A DNA stretch of 62,436 nt, filler included, from Anaerolineae bacterium (GTDB lineage: Bacteria; Chloroflexota; Anaerolineae; Epilineales; Epilineaceae): assembly GCA_029262755.1 (NCBI GenBank). It is 8 parts of 8 records of this genome, joined end to end, with 100 filler letters (N's around TTAATTAATTAA, not from the genome) between each part and the next. Parts side by side here need not be neighbours in the genome. Positions count along the whole stretch, not along the records: positions 50,395 to 59,203 come from JAJCYU010000018.1; positions 59,304 to 62,436 come from JAJCYU010000021.1; 6 more parts are not named here. The stretch is one strand, 5' to 3'. The notes beneath the pieces are model-generated. The model worked only from the letters and a program-made list of their open reading frames with translations. It did not search any database and was not told the origin of the DNA. A program made the translations under genes and the position numbers. This document shows positions 52,731 through 61,011 of the stretch, one piece after another. Within the stretch, counting starts at the first letter, position 1; each line of letters starts with the position of its first letter.

Positions 52731-55700
52731 TCAGCGCAACCCAAGCCCAATATACGTCGCCGGATCGACCTGCCCCAGCAGCGGGTAGTCGTTGACGAGC
52801 ACGACGACCGGACCATCGGCCGTCACGACCGCGGAGCCGTAGGTGCCGTCCTCGATCGCGTCGATCACGCCGGGCCACCAGGTCGCGGAGCCGCCGGGCG
52901 GGATGGGCTTCGCTACGCAGCCCGTGCGGCAGGGCTCGCGCACCGCACCGCCCGCGGGCGTGAACGCGACGCGCGCGGTCACCGTGACCGCGCCGACGTT
53001 CATGACCTGGATGCCCGTGGTGAGGTCGACATGCGCCCGGCGGAAGAGGGGGAGCGCCACGCGGGTGGCCGCGGACGCGGCGGGCACGGCGTTGTAGCTG
53101 GCCAGCAGGCGCCGCCCGTTCGTGCGGTCGACGATGGTCGCCGCGATCGGCGCGTCCGTGCTGCGCAGCACCGCGGAGCCGAAGCAGCGGGCCGGTAGGC
53201 CGTGCTCGCCCGTCGAGACGCCCACCTCGGGCGCCTGGTCGAATACGTGGGCCGCCCCGACGGCGATCGTGACGGGGATGCCGGCGAAGATCTGCCCGTC
53301 GCAGGCGGGGTTGGCGGGATTGCCGCCCCGGTAGTCGATGCGTACGAGCGCATCCGCGTTGCCGGCGTTGACCACCGCGATCTCCGTGTCGAGGCGGTCC
53401 GCCGGGCTCGCGCCGCGTTGGGCGGCGCGGAACAACGGGACGAAGAGGGTCGTGTCGGCCTGGGAGGCGGGCACGCCCTCGAAGCCGTGGACGGCGTGCA
53501 AGGTGCGAGTGGCGGGTTGCACCGCCGTGTAGGCCTGCGCGACGAGCGGCGCGCCGTTGCGGGAGCGCAGGCGCAGCCACCCGCGCCAGCCGTCGCCGAG
53601 CGCGTCGAAGGACGGGTCGGCGAGCGATAGCGTCACGGATGCGCCCGGGCGGATCGGGCGCGATGTGGAGAACGTCGGCGGCGCGGCCACGCCCGTGGTC
53701 GTGGTCAACACCACATCGACCGTCGTCGCGACCCTTCCCGCGTTCTGCACCGTGATTCGCGTCGTGACGGCATCGTCGAGCGCCGGCGGGCGGCGAACCA
53801 CGCGCTCGGCCAAGGGGATGAGCACGTCCGGCGACGCATCGGCCGCCGTATAGATCGCGGCCCCGCGCGTAGCCTCCCAGTCGCTGCGCACGAGCGCGCC
53901 GATCGGTGCGTCCGGCGGAAATACGTCGATCAACGCCGCGTACACGCCGAAGGGCAGGTCGATCGGCGGCGCGGCGAGCGCCGGAACGTAGAGGTTCGCG
54001 GCGCCGGCGGGCGGCGCGCTGCTGTCGACCAGAACGGGGGGCAAGGCAGGGTCGTCGCGGGCGATGAAGCGCAGCGTGAGCGATACCGGACGGGCGGCGT
54101 CCAGGTTTTGCACCTGGATGCCGGTCTTGGGATCGCGGGGCGGATCACCGCCGGGCGGGAAGCCGGCCGCGTAGGGCAGCGCGGCCGCGGCGGCCGCCAC
54201 GCGCGGATCCGGCGTTGCGGTCGCGGTGGCGGTGGGTGTCGGCGTGGGCGGCGGCGCCCAGACATCCGCGTCGATGTCGAGCCAGTCGCTGTCGTACCAG
54301 TAATACCAGAGCGCCGCGATGCTGTACCACGTCGCGCGGCGGACCGTCACGTCGTACACGCTGTCGGCCGTGCCTACCTGCCAGGGGAGGACGATCTTGA
54401 CGCCGCCGGAGTCCGGATCAGGATCGACGCCGACGCACGTGGCGTTCTCGATGTCCGGCACGTAGCCGAAGTCCGCGCCGTACACGTCCAGGATGCCGGC
54501 CACCTGATCGTGCATGGACGCATACCACGGTGCGATCACCTGCTCGCGCATCACGGCATACGTCGCCTCATCCTCCGGGCGTACAGGGGACTCGTCGTAG
54601 CGCGCCGCGAGCAAGCGCATCATCCCGCCGTAGCCTTGGATCAACTCGTTCCAGGCTCCGAAGCCACCTTCGTCGGTGAGGTACTCGCTGTCCTCGCCCG
54701 TAGAGAGATCGTGCAGGCGGCGCCACGGCAAACCCGGCTCGCCGCGGCATCGGCGGTTGCCCGCTGCCACGGAGGAGGGCGGCAGCGCGGGGCCGACCGG
54801 CGTGTCCGGGTTGCGCCACAGGTACTGGAAATCGACCGATACGGCGTTGGTGTCGGGCGTGGCGTAGAGCGGGATGCGCGCGATGCGGGCCGGTTGCGGC
54901 CACAGGTCGGTCGCGGCCGCGAAGCAAGCGCCGTTGGAGGGATCGTCGCCGGGCGGATCCGGGCAGCGGTGGTAGGAGGCCATCATCAGCCACAACCAGC
55001 TGTTGAACTCGTCGGGGCTGTTGCGGTGCCACGCGTCGTACAGGGAGGGGCTTGGGCCGTCCGAGGTCTGATCGGACAGGACATACGAGAACAGGAGGGT
55101 GCCGTACAGCGAGCTCGGGCCGGGCAGATGGTTTTCCATTCCCCCGGCATATTCCTGGCGATCATCGTCCCAGGTGTCGCCGTTGCGCTGGTTGGAGATT
55201 CCAGGCAGATCGTCACGCTCGCCGAGCGAGAAACGACCACCCTGCGGGCTGTCGTCGTGACGGCCGGCTGAAAGGGTGCGGATCGCCTGCTCCGGCCGCT
55301 CGGGATCGAGCTTCCACTCGAGGTCGTCGGTTTGGGGATCGCCGCCGTGCCACCCCGCCACCCCGTAGCCGAGGCGATCCGTGACGCGGTCCAACACCCG
55401 TGCTCCGATCGAGCCGGCCGGGAGATCCGGGTCTCCCGCCTCCTCGAGGGATGCGAGCAGGTGCGCGGCGGCCCGTGCGCCGACATGGGTCCACAGCCAC
55501 TCTTCCGCGATGGAGCCGAGGTTTGTCACGCCGCAGTCCACACCGCTAGGCGTGAACGAGCGCGCCTGGCAGTTGACCTTGCCCCAGTACTGGCCGAAGG
55601 GGGACTTCGTGCCGCCAAGCCCCGACCGGCGTGCATGCGCCATGCAGGTCTCGGATTCCGCGGATCCGGCGGGGAAGCGATCGCGGCACCACCACTCGCC

Positions 55701-56738
55701 GGGCAGCGCGTAGTCGGCGTCGAACCAGAGCCCGTCGAGGGGCCCGCCGGGCGTATCGTGATCGGCGGGGCGGAGGCTGAGCACGGGAGCGCCGTCGATC
55801 AGGAAGCGGTCGCTGCCCGACCAGCTCGGGTCGAGCGCGAGCGCGGTCCGGAAGCTCGCCTCGCTGCCGATGTCGGCGAAACCCGCCGTTCGGGGCCCGT
55901 CCGGCTGGGGCACCATCCACTCCCACCAGGCCCGCTGCAGCAGGCCTGAAAGTATCGCCAACGCTGCCTTTCGGTCCTCGGGCGCGGCCCAAGCCTCCAA
56001 CTCCTCCATCGCTTCCACGGTGCGCGCGTAGCCGTCGGCGAGGCCGCCGACGGAGCGCGTCAGGTCGGCCTGGAAGCGCGGATCGGCGCGCGTATCGCGC
56101 AGCATGCGTAGGATCGTGTCGCGTTGATGGCCCTCGTAGGCCTGGATCATCAAGCGGTGGTAGCCGCGTCGTTCACGACTATCGCCCGCCCGCGGCTCGT
56201 GCGGCGCATCACGCGCCTCGAAGTCGTGGACGAAGGCATGGTAGAGCGCGAAGTAGCCGGCCATCTGCGCCAGGCCCTCGTTGTCGAGGTAGCCGCGCCG
56301 CGCTTCGAAGAGCGGATTGCCGTCCCATGCGCGTCGCGTCGAGGCGGCGAGACGCCGACCGGCGCAGATGCGGAACGCCTCCGCGTCCGCGGCCGCGTGG
56401 CAGCGGGTGCCCGGCCCCCCGTAGTGCTCCCACAGTGTGTCCGGGTCTTTCCACGCGGTCTCTTTGTCGACCTCGTACTCGGGCGCACGGAACCAATAGC
56501 GGCGGTTGTCCGGGTCGGCCCGCTGACCGTAGTACTCGAGCAGCAACCGGCGCACGCGATCGACGAGGGCCGGGGATGGCCACGTTGGCGCGTCTGGTTG
56601 GGCGAGTGCCACCGGCGCACTGTGCGGCCCGTCGATCGGACCCGCTGTAGCAAGAACAAGCAACGCCGCGCCGGCCAACAGGGCAAGCATGACGCGTCTT
56701 GGAGCGGGCTTCGTGGGTGGCCAGGCTCGGTTCGACAT
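52731..56738 (-). CDS. Large secreted protein: unknown N-terminal domain of about 800 aa, PT linker and repeated beta-sandwich units
   Basis: Signal peptide; PPPTPTPTATATATP linker; C-terminal units TGIQVQNL, TRITVQNAG, TEIAVVNAG and TGIQVMNVG, similar to the 27132 protein. Confidence 0.7.
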   Translation of the reverse strand: MSNRAWPPTKPAPRRVMLALLAGAALLVLATAGPIDGPHSAPVALAQPDAPTWPSPALVDRVRRLLLEYYGQRADPDNRRYWFRAPEYEVDKETAWKDPDTLWEHYGGPGTRCHAAADAEAFRICAGRRLAASTRRAWDGNPLFEARRGYLDNEGLAQMAGYFALYHAFVHDFEARDAPHEPRAGDSRERRGYHRLMIQAYEGHQRDTILRMLRDTRADPRFQADLTRSVGGLADGYARTVEAMEELEAWAAPEDRKAALAILSGLLQRAWWEWMVPQPDGPRTAGFADIGSEASFRTALALDPSWSGSDRFLIDGAPVLSLRPADHDTPGGPLDGLWFDADYALPGEWWCRDRFPAGSAESETCMAHARRSGLGGTKSPFGQYWGKVNCQARSFTPSGVDCGVTNLGSIAEEWLWTHVGARAAAHLLASLEEAGDPDLPAGSIGARVLDRVTDRLGYGVAGWHGGDPQTDDLEWKLDPERPEQAIRTLSAGRHDDSPQGGRFSLGERDDLPGISNQRNGDTWDDDRQEYAGGMENHLPGPSSLYGTLLFSYVLSDQTSDGPSPSLYDAWHRNSPDEFNSWLWLMMASYHRCPDPPGDDPSNGACFAAATDLWPQPARIARIPLYATPDTNAVSVDFQYLWRNPDTPVGPALPPSSVAAGNRRCRGEPGLPWRRLHDLSTGEDSEYLTDEGGFGAWNELIQGYGGMMRLLAARYDESPVRPEDEATYAVMREQVIAPWYASMHDQVAGILDVYGADFGYVPDIENATCVGVDPDPDSGGVKIVLPWQVGTADSVYDVTVRRATWYSIAALWYYWYDSDWLDIDADVWAPPPTPTPTATATATPDPRVAAAAAALPYAAGFPPGGDPPRDPKTGIQVQNLDAARPVSLTLRFIARDDPALPPVLVDSSAPPAGAANLYVPALAAPPIDLPFGVYAALIDVFPPDAPIGALVRSDWEATRGAAIYTAADASPDVLIPLAERVVRRPPALDDAVTTRITVQNAGRVATTVDVVLTTTTGVAAPPTFSTSRPIRPGASVTLSLADPSFDALGDGWRGWLRLRSRNGAPLVAQAYTAVQPATRTLHAVHGFEGVPASQADTTLFVPLFRAAQRGASPADRLDTEIAVVNAGNADALVRIDYRGGNPANPACDGQIFAGIPVTIAVGAAHVFDQAPEVGVSTGEHGLPARCFGSAVLRSTDAPIAATIVDRTNGRRLLASYNAVPAASAATRVALPLFRRAHVDLTTGIQVMNVGAVTVTARVAFTPAGGAVREPCRTGCVAKPIPPGGSATWWPGVIDAIEDGTYGSAVVTADGPVVVLVNDYPLLGQVDPATYIGLGLR

Positions 56739-56935
56739 TGCGGAGGGAGGATACTGGAGCCCTGCGCGCCAAGCGAAGAGCGGACGATTTGGCGGCTCTC
56801 GCTTCGCCGGAGACCGGGCTTCGAGTATCCTCGGAAGACGCCTCGGTCCTGGCGTTGGATGACCTGCCACGCCCTTGCTTTCCTGCGTTCGCCACCATGG
56901 GGAACGTCCAGCCGCCATCGAATTGTGGAGCCGCC

Positions 56936-58216
56936 ATGCCCGCGCAGCGCTCCCTACGGTTCCTGCAGGTCGCCGGTATTCCACTGGCGGCCCTCATCGG
57001 GTTCCTTGCTTGGCAGCTCGGATCCGGTCTTGCGCTTCCGGAAGCGACGGACGGCGATGCACCGCAACAAGCAACCACGACGCCCGGCCCATCCGCGACG
57101 CCAGACGAACTACCGCTTGAACTCACCTGGCGTGAGGCGGTATCCGGAGATGCACGCTTCGTCGAGGTCGATCCGCAGGGGCGCGCCTGGCTTCGCATCT
57201 CCGATCCTGGTGGGGGCCCGGATACCGTAGCCGTCGCGTCGGCTCGTCGGCCGGCTGAGGTCTGGCCGACTCTGCACGCTGCGGTGGAAGCACGCTACGA
57301 AGAGCTTCTGCGCTCCGACACGCTGCGCGATTTCTTCGCGGTCGACATCAACGCGCGCCGTGTATGGGTAGGGCCCCGGTACTACGCGGATGGAGCGTGG
57401 ACGTCGGTCGTGACTGAGTCCCCCGGCGCAGGGGGCGGGTCGTATCACGAGGACCGGGTCGTGCTGGATGACGCGGGCCGCGCGGGTATTCCGTGGCATG
57501 CGGTTGTCGACTGCCCGACGCCGGGAGGCTGTGTGGAGGACGGCGTCGATCGTTTCGCCTTCGACGGTGAACTCGAGGGTGGGCTGCGCTTCGATCCGGC
57601 GCCTGGTGCCGCCCGCGACGAACTGCCCGCGTGCCATCTGGTGTCGGCCGAGGGTGCGGCATGGATCGTGGCACGCCGGGCGTTGTTCCGCTTGGACGAT
57701 CTAAACGTTCCGATCGAGTATCCGCCGCTTGTCGGCGCAGGCGGCACACCCAACGCCGGCTACGCCACGGCCGCTCTGCGTGCGGCCGATGGCTCCGTGC
57801 TTGTCTTTGTGTGGGCGGAACGCCGGGACCGCCCCACATTGGTCCATGAGCTGACCGCGTTGGCGTGGGATGGCACGACCTGGACGATCGTCCTCGCTGC
57901 TGACGTCTTGGGCGCTGCCCCCTTCTTCAACGGCGATTCCGCGTTCGAACGCGTCACCGCCGCAACGTTCGACACGGTTGGCCGTCTGTGGATTGCCGGC
58001 AGCACGGGCGGTCTCGGCGTCTGGTCCTTCGAGGAGTCGGACTGGGTTGCAAGCTGGCTACCTGTGGATCTCGGGATTCCGGATGACGCGCGGATTCGTG
58101 ATGTCGCTGTCGGATCGGATGGCGCTGTGTGGCTCGCGACGAGTGCCGGCGCTCGCCTCGGAGCCCGACCGATCGCGGGGATGAACTATCTCCCCCGAGT
58201 GGAAGTTGCGCGCTAG
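56936..58216 (+). CDS. Secreted or membrane-anchored beta-propeller-like protein ending NYLPRVEVAR*
   Basis: N-terminal TM; DPQGRAWL, DTVGRLWI and GSDGAVWLAT propeller-type blades. Confidence 0.65.
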   Translation: MPAQRSLRFLQVAGIPLAALIGFLAWQLGSGLALPEATDGDAPQQATTTPGPSATPDELPLELTWREAVSGDARFVEVDPQGRAWLRISDPGGGPDTVAVASARRPAEVWPTLHAAVEARYEELLRSDTLRDFFAVDINARRVWVGPRYYADGAWTSVVTESPGAGGGSYHEDRVVLDDAGRAGIPWHAVVDCPTPGGCVEDGVDRFAFDGELEGGLRFDPAPGAARDELPACHLVSAEGAAWIVARRALFRLDDLNVPIEYPPLVGAGGTPNAGYATAALRAADGSVLVFVWAERRDRPTLVHELTALAWDGTTWTIVLAADVLGAAPFFNGDSAFERVTAATFDTVGRLWIAGSTGGLGVWSFEESDWVASWLPVDLGIPDDARIRDVAVGSDGAVWLATSAGARLGARPIAGMNYLPRVEVAR

Positions 58217-58350
58217 ATTCGAGCGACGTCACCACGTGCGATAAAGAACAAATCCTAAGATCAATTCAGGATCCGGCGCCATGTATGCGCCACGAATCCA
58301 AAATTTCCTGCAAAAACTCAGCGGAAATCGTGTACAATCGGCATGAGGCT

Positions 58351-58386
58351 AGGTATATCCGCGGTATCATGCGGTATCTATTGACA
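58351..58386 (+). promoter_or_regulatory. Direct repeats with 10-bp period abutting a TTGACA hexamer upstream of the repeat-protein gene
   Basis: aggtatatcc gcggtatcat gcggtatcta ttgaca, in an AT-rich intergenic region. Confidence 0.45.
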
Positions 58387-58449
58387 TAAAGCCTCACCGA
58401 AGACGCCAGTCAGCCTACAATCGTGAGTATTTGAAACGGGAGCCATACC

Positions 58450-59203
58450 ATGCGCATGTTCCGAAACACGTTCGTCACATCCACTCTCACCCTCGTCGTC
58501 CTCATCACGCTGTTTGCAAGCACCACGGTCTCTGCCTTTGCCTCGACGCCCATCGTGGGCGCCTCGGTCGAGTTGTGGGATGACACCAACGGAGATGGTG
58601 CCTACGGCGGTGCAGGCGACACGCTCGTAGACAGCACGACGACGGACCTGTTCGGAAGTTACATTTTGGATGCAAATGGTGATTGCACGGTCTGCGGCGT
58701 CGTGATCGATGCCTGGGCGCCGATCGGTGACGAGATCGACTCCTTCAACGGAGTAGTCGACGCGTGGGCGCCGGGTGGCGACGAGATCGACGCCGGTTTC
58801 GCGACGATTTGGAACGACGACAACGCGGATGGCGCCTACGGCACTAACAGCGATAGCGTGGTGGATGATGTCGCGGTAAGTGCCAATGACTCCTTCCAGG
58901 TGAATCCCGGCAACTGCAGCGCCTGCTCCATAGTGATCGATGCGTGGGCGCCGATCGGTGACGAGATCGACGGCATCGGCGGCAGCTTGACGGCTACCAC
59001 TTCCACCGCGACGAACCAGCGCAAGTTCGACGCATGGGCCCCGGGTGGCGACGACATTGACGCATGGGCGCCGGGTGGCGACGACATTGACGCATGGGCC
59101 CCGGGTGGCGACGACATTGACGCAAGGGCCCCGGGTGGCGACGACATTGATGCATGGGCGCCGGGTGGCGACGACATTGATGCAGGGGCGCCGGGTGGCG
59201 ACG
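58450..59203 (+). CDS. Secreted acidic protein with a duplicated SdrD-B-like/CxxC module and tandem DAWAPGGDDI repeats, 3' partial
   Basis: GGGAG RBS, signal peptide ending AFA, LWDDTNGDG / IWNDDNADG, CTVC / CSAC, and 9 copies of a DAWAP(G/I)GD(D/E)I-type unit. Confidence 0.8.
59029..59203 (+). repeat. 30-bp tandem coding repeat (6 copies, the last cut by the contig end)
   Basis: GAYGCATGGGCSCCGGGTGGCGACGACATT repeated without spacers. Confidence 0.95.
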
Positions 59204-59303
59204 NNNNNNNNNNNNNNNNNNNNNNNNNNNNNNNNNNNNNNNNNNNNTTAATTAATTAANNNNNNNNNNNNNNNNNNNNNNNNNNNNNNNNNNNNNNNNN
59301 NNN

Positions 59304-59939
59304 GAGATGAGCTGCGAGCAGCTGGCCCAGCGCCTGCTGGCCACCTTCACCGGCATTTCAGCCCAGGACTTACGCCTCGGCCGCATCCGCGACGACGAAC
59401 TGGAGCTGCTGATGCGCGCCATCGGCGAGCTCTCGAGCGCGCCGCTCTACATCGATGACACACCCGGCGTGACGCCCTTCGAGCTGCGCGCCAAGGTGCG
59501 CCGCCTCGACACGGAGCACCCCGTCGATCTGGTGATCGTCGACTACCTGCAGTTGATGAACGGTGGCGGCCGCACCGAGAACCGCGTCCAGGAGATCGGC
59601 TACATCTCGCGTAGCCTCAAGGGCCTCGCCCGCGAGCTGCGCGTACCGGTGATCGCCGCCAGCCAGCTCTCCCGTGCCGTCGAGAGCCGCGCCGACCGCC
59701 GGCCGCAGCTCTCCGACCTGCGTGAATCCGGCTCCATCGAGCAGGACTCCGACATGGTGCTCTTCCTGTACCGCGACGTGGTCTACAACGAGGACACGGA
59801 GAAGAAGAACATCGCCGAGGTGAACGTGGCCAAGCATCGCCACGGCCCCACGGGCATGGTCGAGCTTGTGTTCATCCCACACGAGACGCGCTTCGCTGAT
59901 CTGGCGGAAGCGGATCGTATCGAGGCGCCCGCATGGTAG
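59304..59939 (+). CDS. dnaB: Replicative DNA helicase, C-terminal part
   Basis: [48 protein letters not shown]. Confidence 0.96.
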   Translation, partial: EMSCEQLAQRLLATFTGISAQDLRLGRIRDDELELLMRAIGELSSAPLYIDDTPGVTPFELRAKVRRLDTEHPVDLVIVDYLQLMNGGGRTENRVQEIGYISRSLKGLARELRVPVIAASQLSRAVESRADRRPQLSDLRESGSIEQDSDMVLFLYRDVVYNEDTEKKNIAEVNVAKHRHGPTGMVELVFIPHETRFADLAEADRIEAPAW

Positions 59940-59973
59940 GCGGCGGCATGGAAAGGGTCGGCGCGAACGGTGC

Positions 59974-60070
59974 CGGCACGCTCGACTCCGCCACGGTCGA
60001 CTGGGCAACGGTCGACTGCGGCACGCTCGACGCCGCCACGGTCGACTGCTCCACGGTCGATTCCGGCACG
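59974..60070 (+). repeat. 15-bp-period degenerate repeat with core ACG(G/C)TCGA(C/T) between dnaB and the DnaD-domain gene
   Basis: Six cores spaced 15 nt apart; in the 59933-60133 frame they read GTLDS ATVDW ATVDC GTLDA ATVDC STVDS. Confidence 0.8.
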
Positions 60071-60129
60071 TTCGGAGCCCGCCCGGCCGACCGTGCCATG
60101 AACGTCGCGTGCCCAGCGGCGTTGCGCCC

Positions 60130-61011
60130 ATGAGCGATCAACGCGGCTTCCCGGACGGCGCGCGCACTACGCCCGTGCCGGATCTCTTCTTCAGCCGCGA
60201 TCTGCCCACGTTGGACGATCCCGTCCAACTCAAGCTGGCGCTGCACGTACTCTGGCGCATCCACCGCAGGCCGCACGGCTCGCCGCCGGCCCAACGCACG
60301 CGCGACCTCGTCGCCGACCCGGCGCTGCGACGCGGCCTCGCCGCGCTCGGCGTCCCCGAGCCCGACCTGCCCGGCACCACGCGCGAGGCCCTGCGCGCCC
60401 TGGCCGCCCGCGGGTTGTTGCTGCGCGCGGTGGTCGGCGCAGCGGACGGCCCCGAGACGTGGTGGATGATCGACGACCACCTCGGCCGCCGCACCCTGGC
60501 CCGCTTGCGCGACGACGGACGCCTCGTGGAGGCGCTGCCCGGCGGCGGCGGACGCGAGCGCAGCGCGGAAGAGTCGCTCGACGCGACTGTTCGCGACGCT
60601 GCCACCGCCGGCTTGGACGCTCTTGCACCCGTCGGCACCGGGACGCCCGCACCGCCGGAGCGACCCAACATCTTCGTGCTCTACGAGGAGCACATCGGCC
60701 TGCTCAGCCCACTGGTGGCGGAGAGCCTGCAAGAGGCCGCGAACACGTACCCACCGGACTGGATCTCGGATGCCTTCCGCGCCGCGGCGGAGGCCAACGT
60801 CCGCAAGTGGGCCTACATTCGCGCGATCCTAGAGCGATGGGCCAAGGAGGGCCGAGGCGACAAGGCCTTCGGCAACCAGAGAAGCGCCCGAACGGGCGGC
60901 GATGGAGCGCATGATGAAATCGATCGGCGACGCGCTGGGCGACAGCGGGCTGACCAAGGCCGCGAAACCAAAAAGCCCAAAGACCCCTGGGACGCCTTCG
61001 TCCGCCGCTAA
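60130..61011 (+). CDS. DnaD-domain replication protein
   Basis: TPVPDLFF...LKLALH; C-terminal NIFVLYEEHIGLLSP...WISDAF...KWAYIRAILERW. Confidence 0.85.
   Translation: MSDQRGFPDGARTTPVPDLFFSRDLPTLDDPVQLKLALHVLWRIHRRPHGSPPAQRTRDLVADPALRRGLAALGVPEPDLPGTTREALRALAARGLLLRAVVGAADGPETWWMIDDHLGRRTLARLRDDGRLVEALPGGGGRERSAEESLDATVRDAATAGLDALAPVGTGTPAPPERPNIFVLYEEHIGLLSPLVAESLQEAANTYPPDWISDAFRAAAEANVRKWAYIRAILERWAKEGRGDKAFGNQRSARTGGDGAHDEIDRRRAGRQRADQGRETKKPKDPWDAFVRR

Noticed and set aside
59029..59203. 30-bp repeats as a CRISPR array
   Set aside because: The repeats are contiguous with no unique spacers, are in frame with mostly synonymous variation, and no cas genes are visible.
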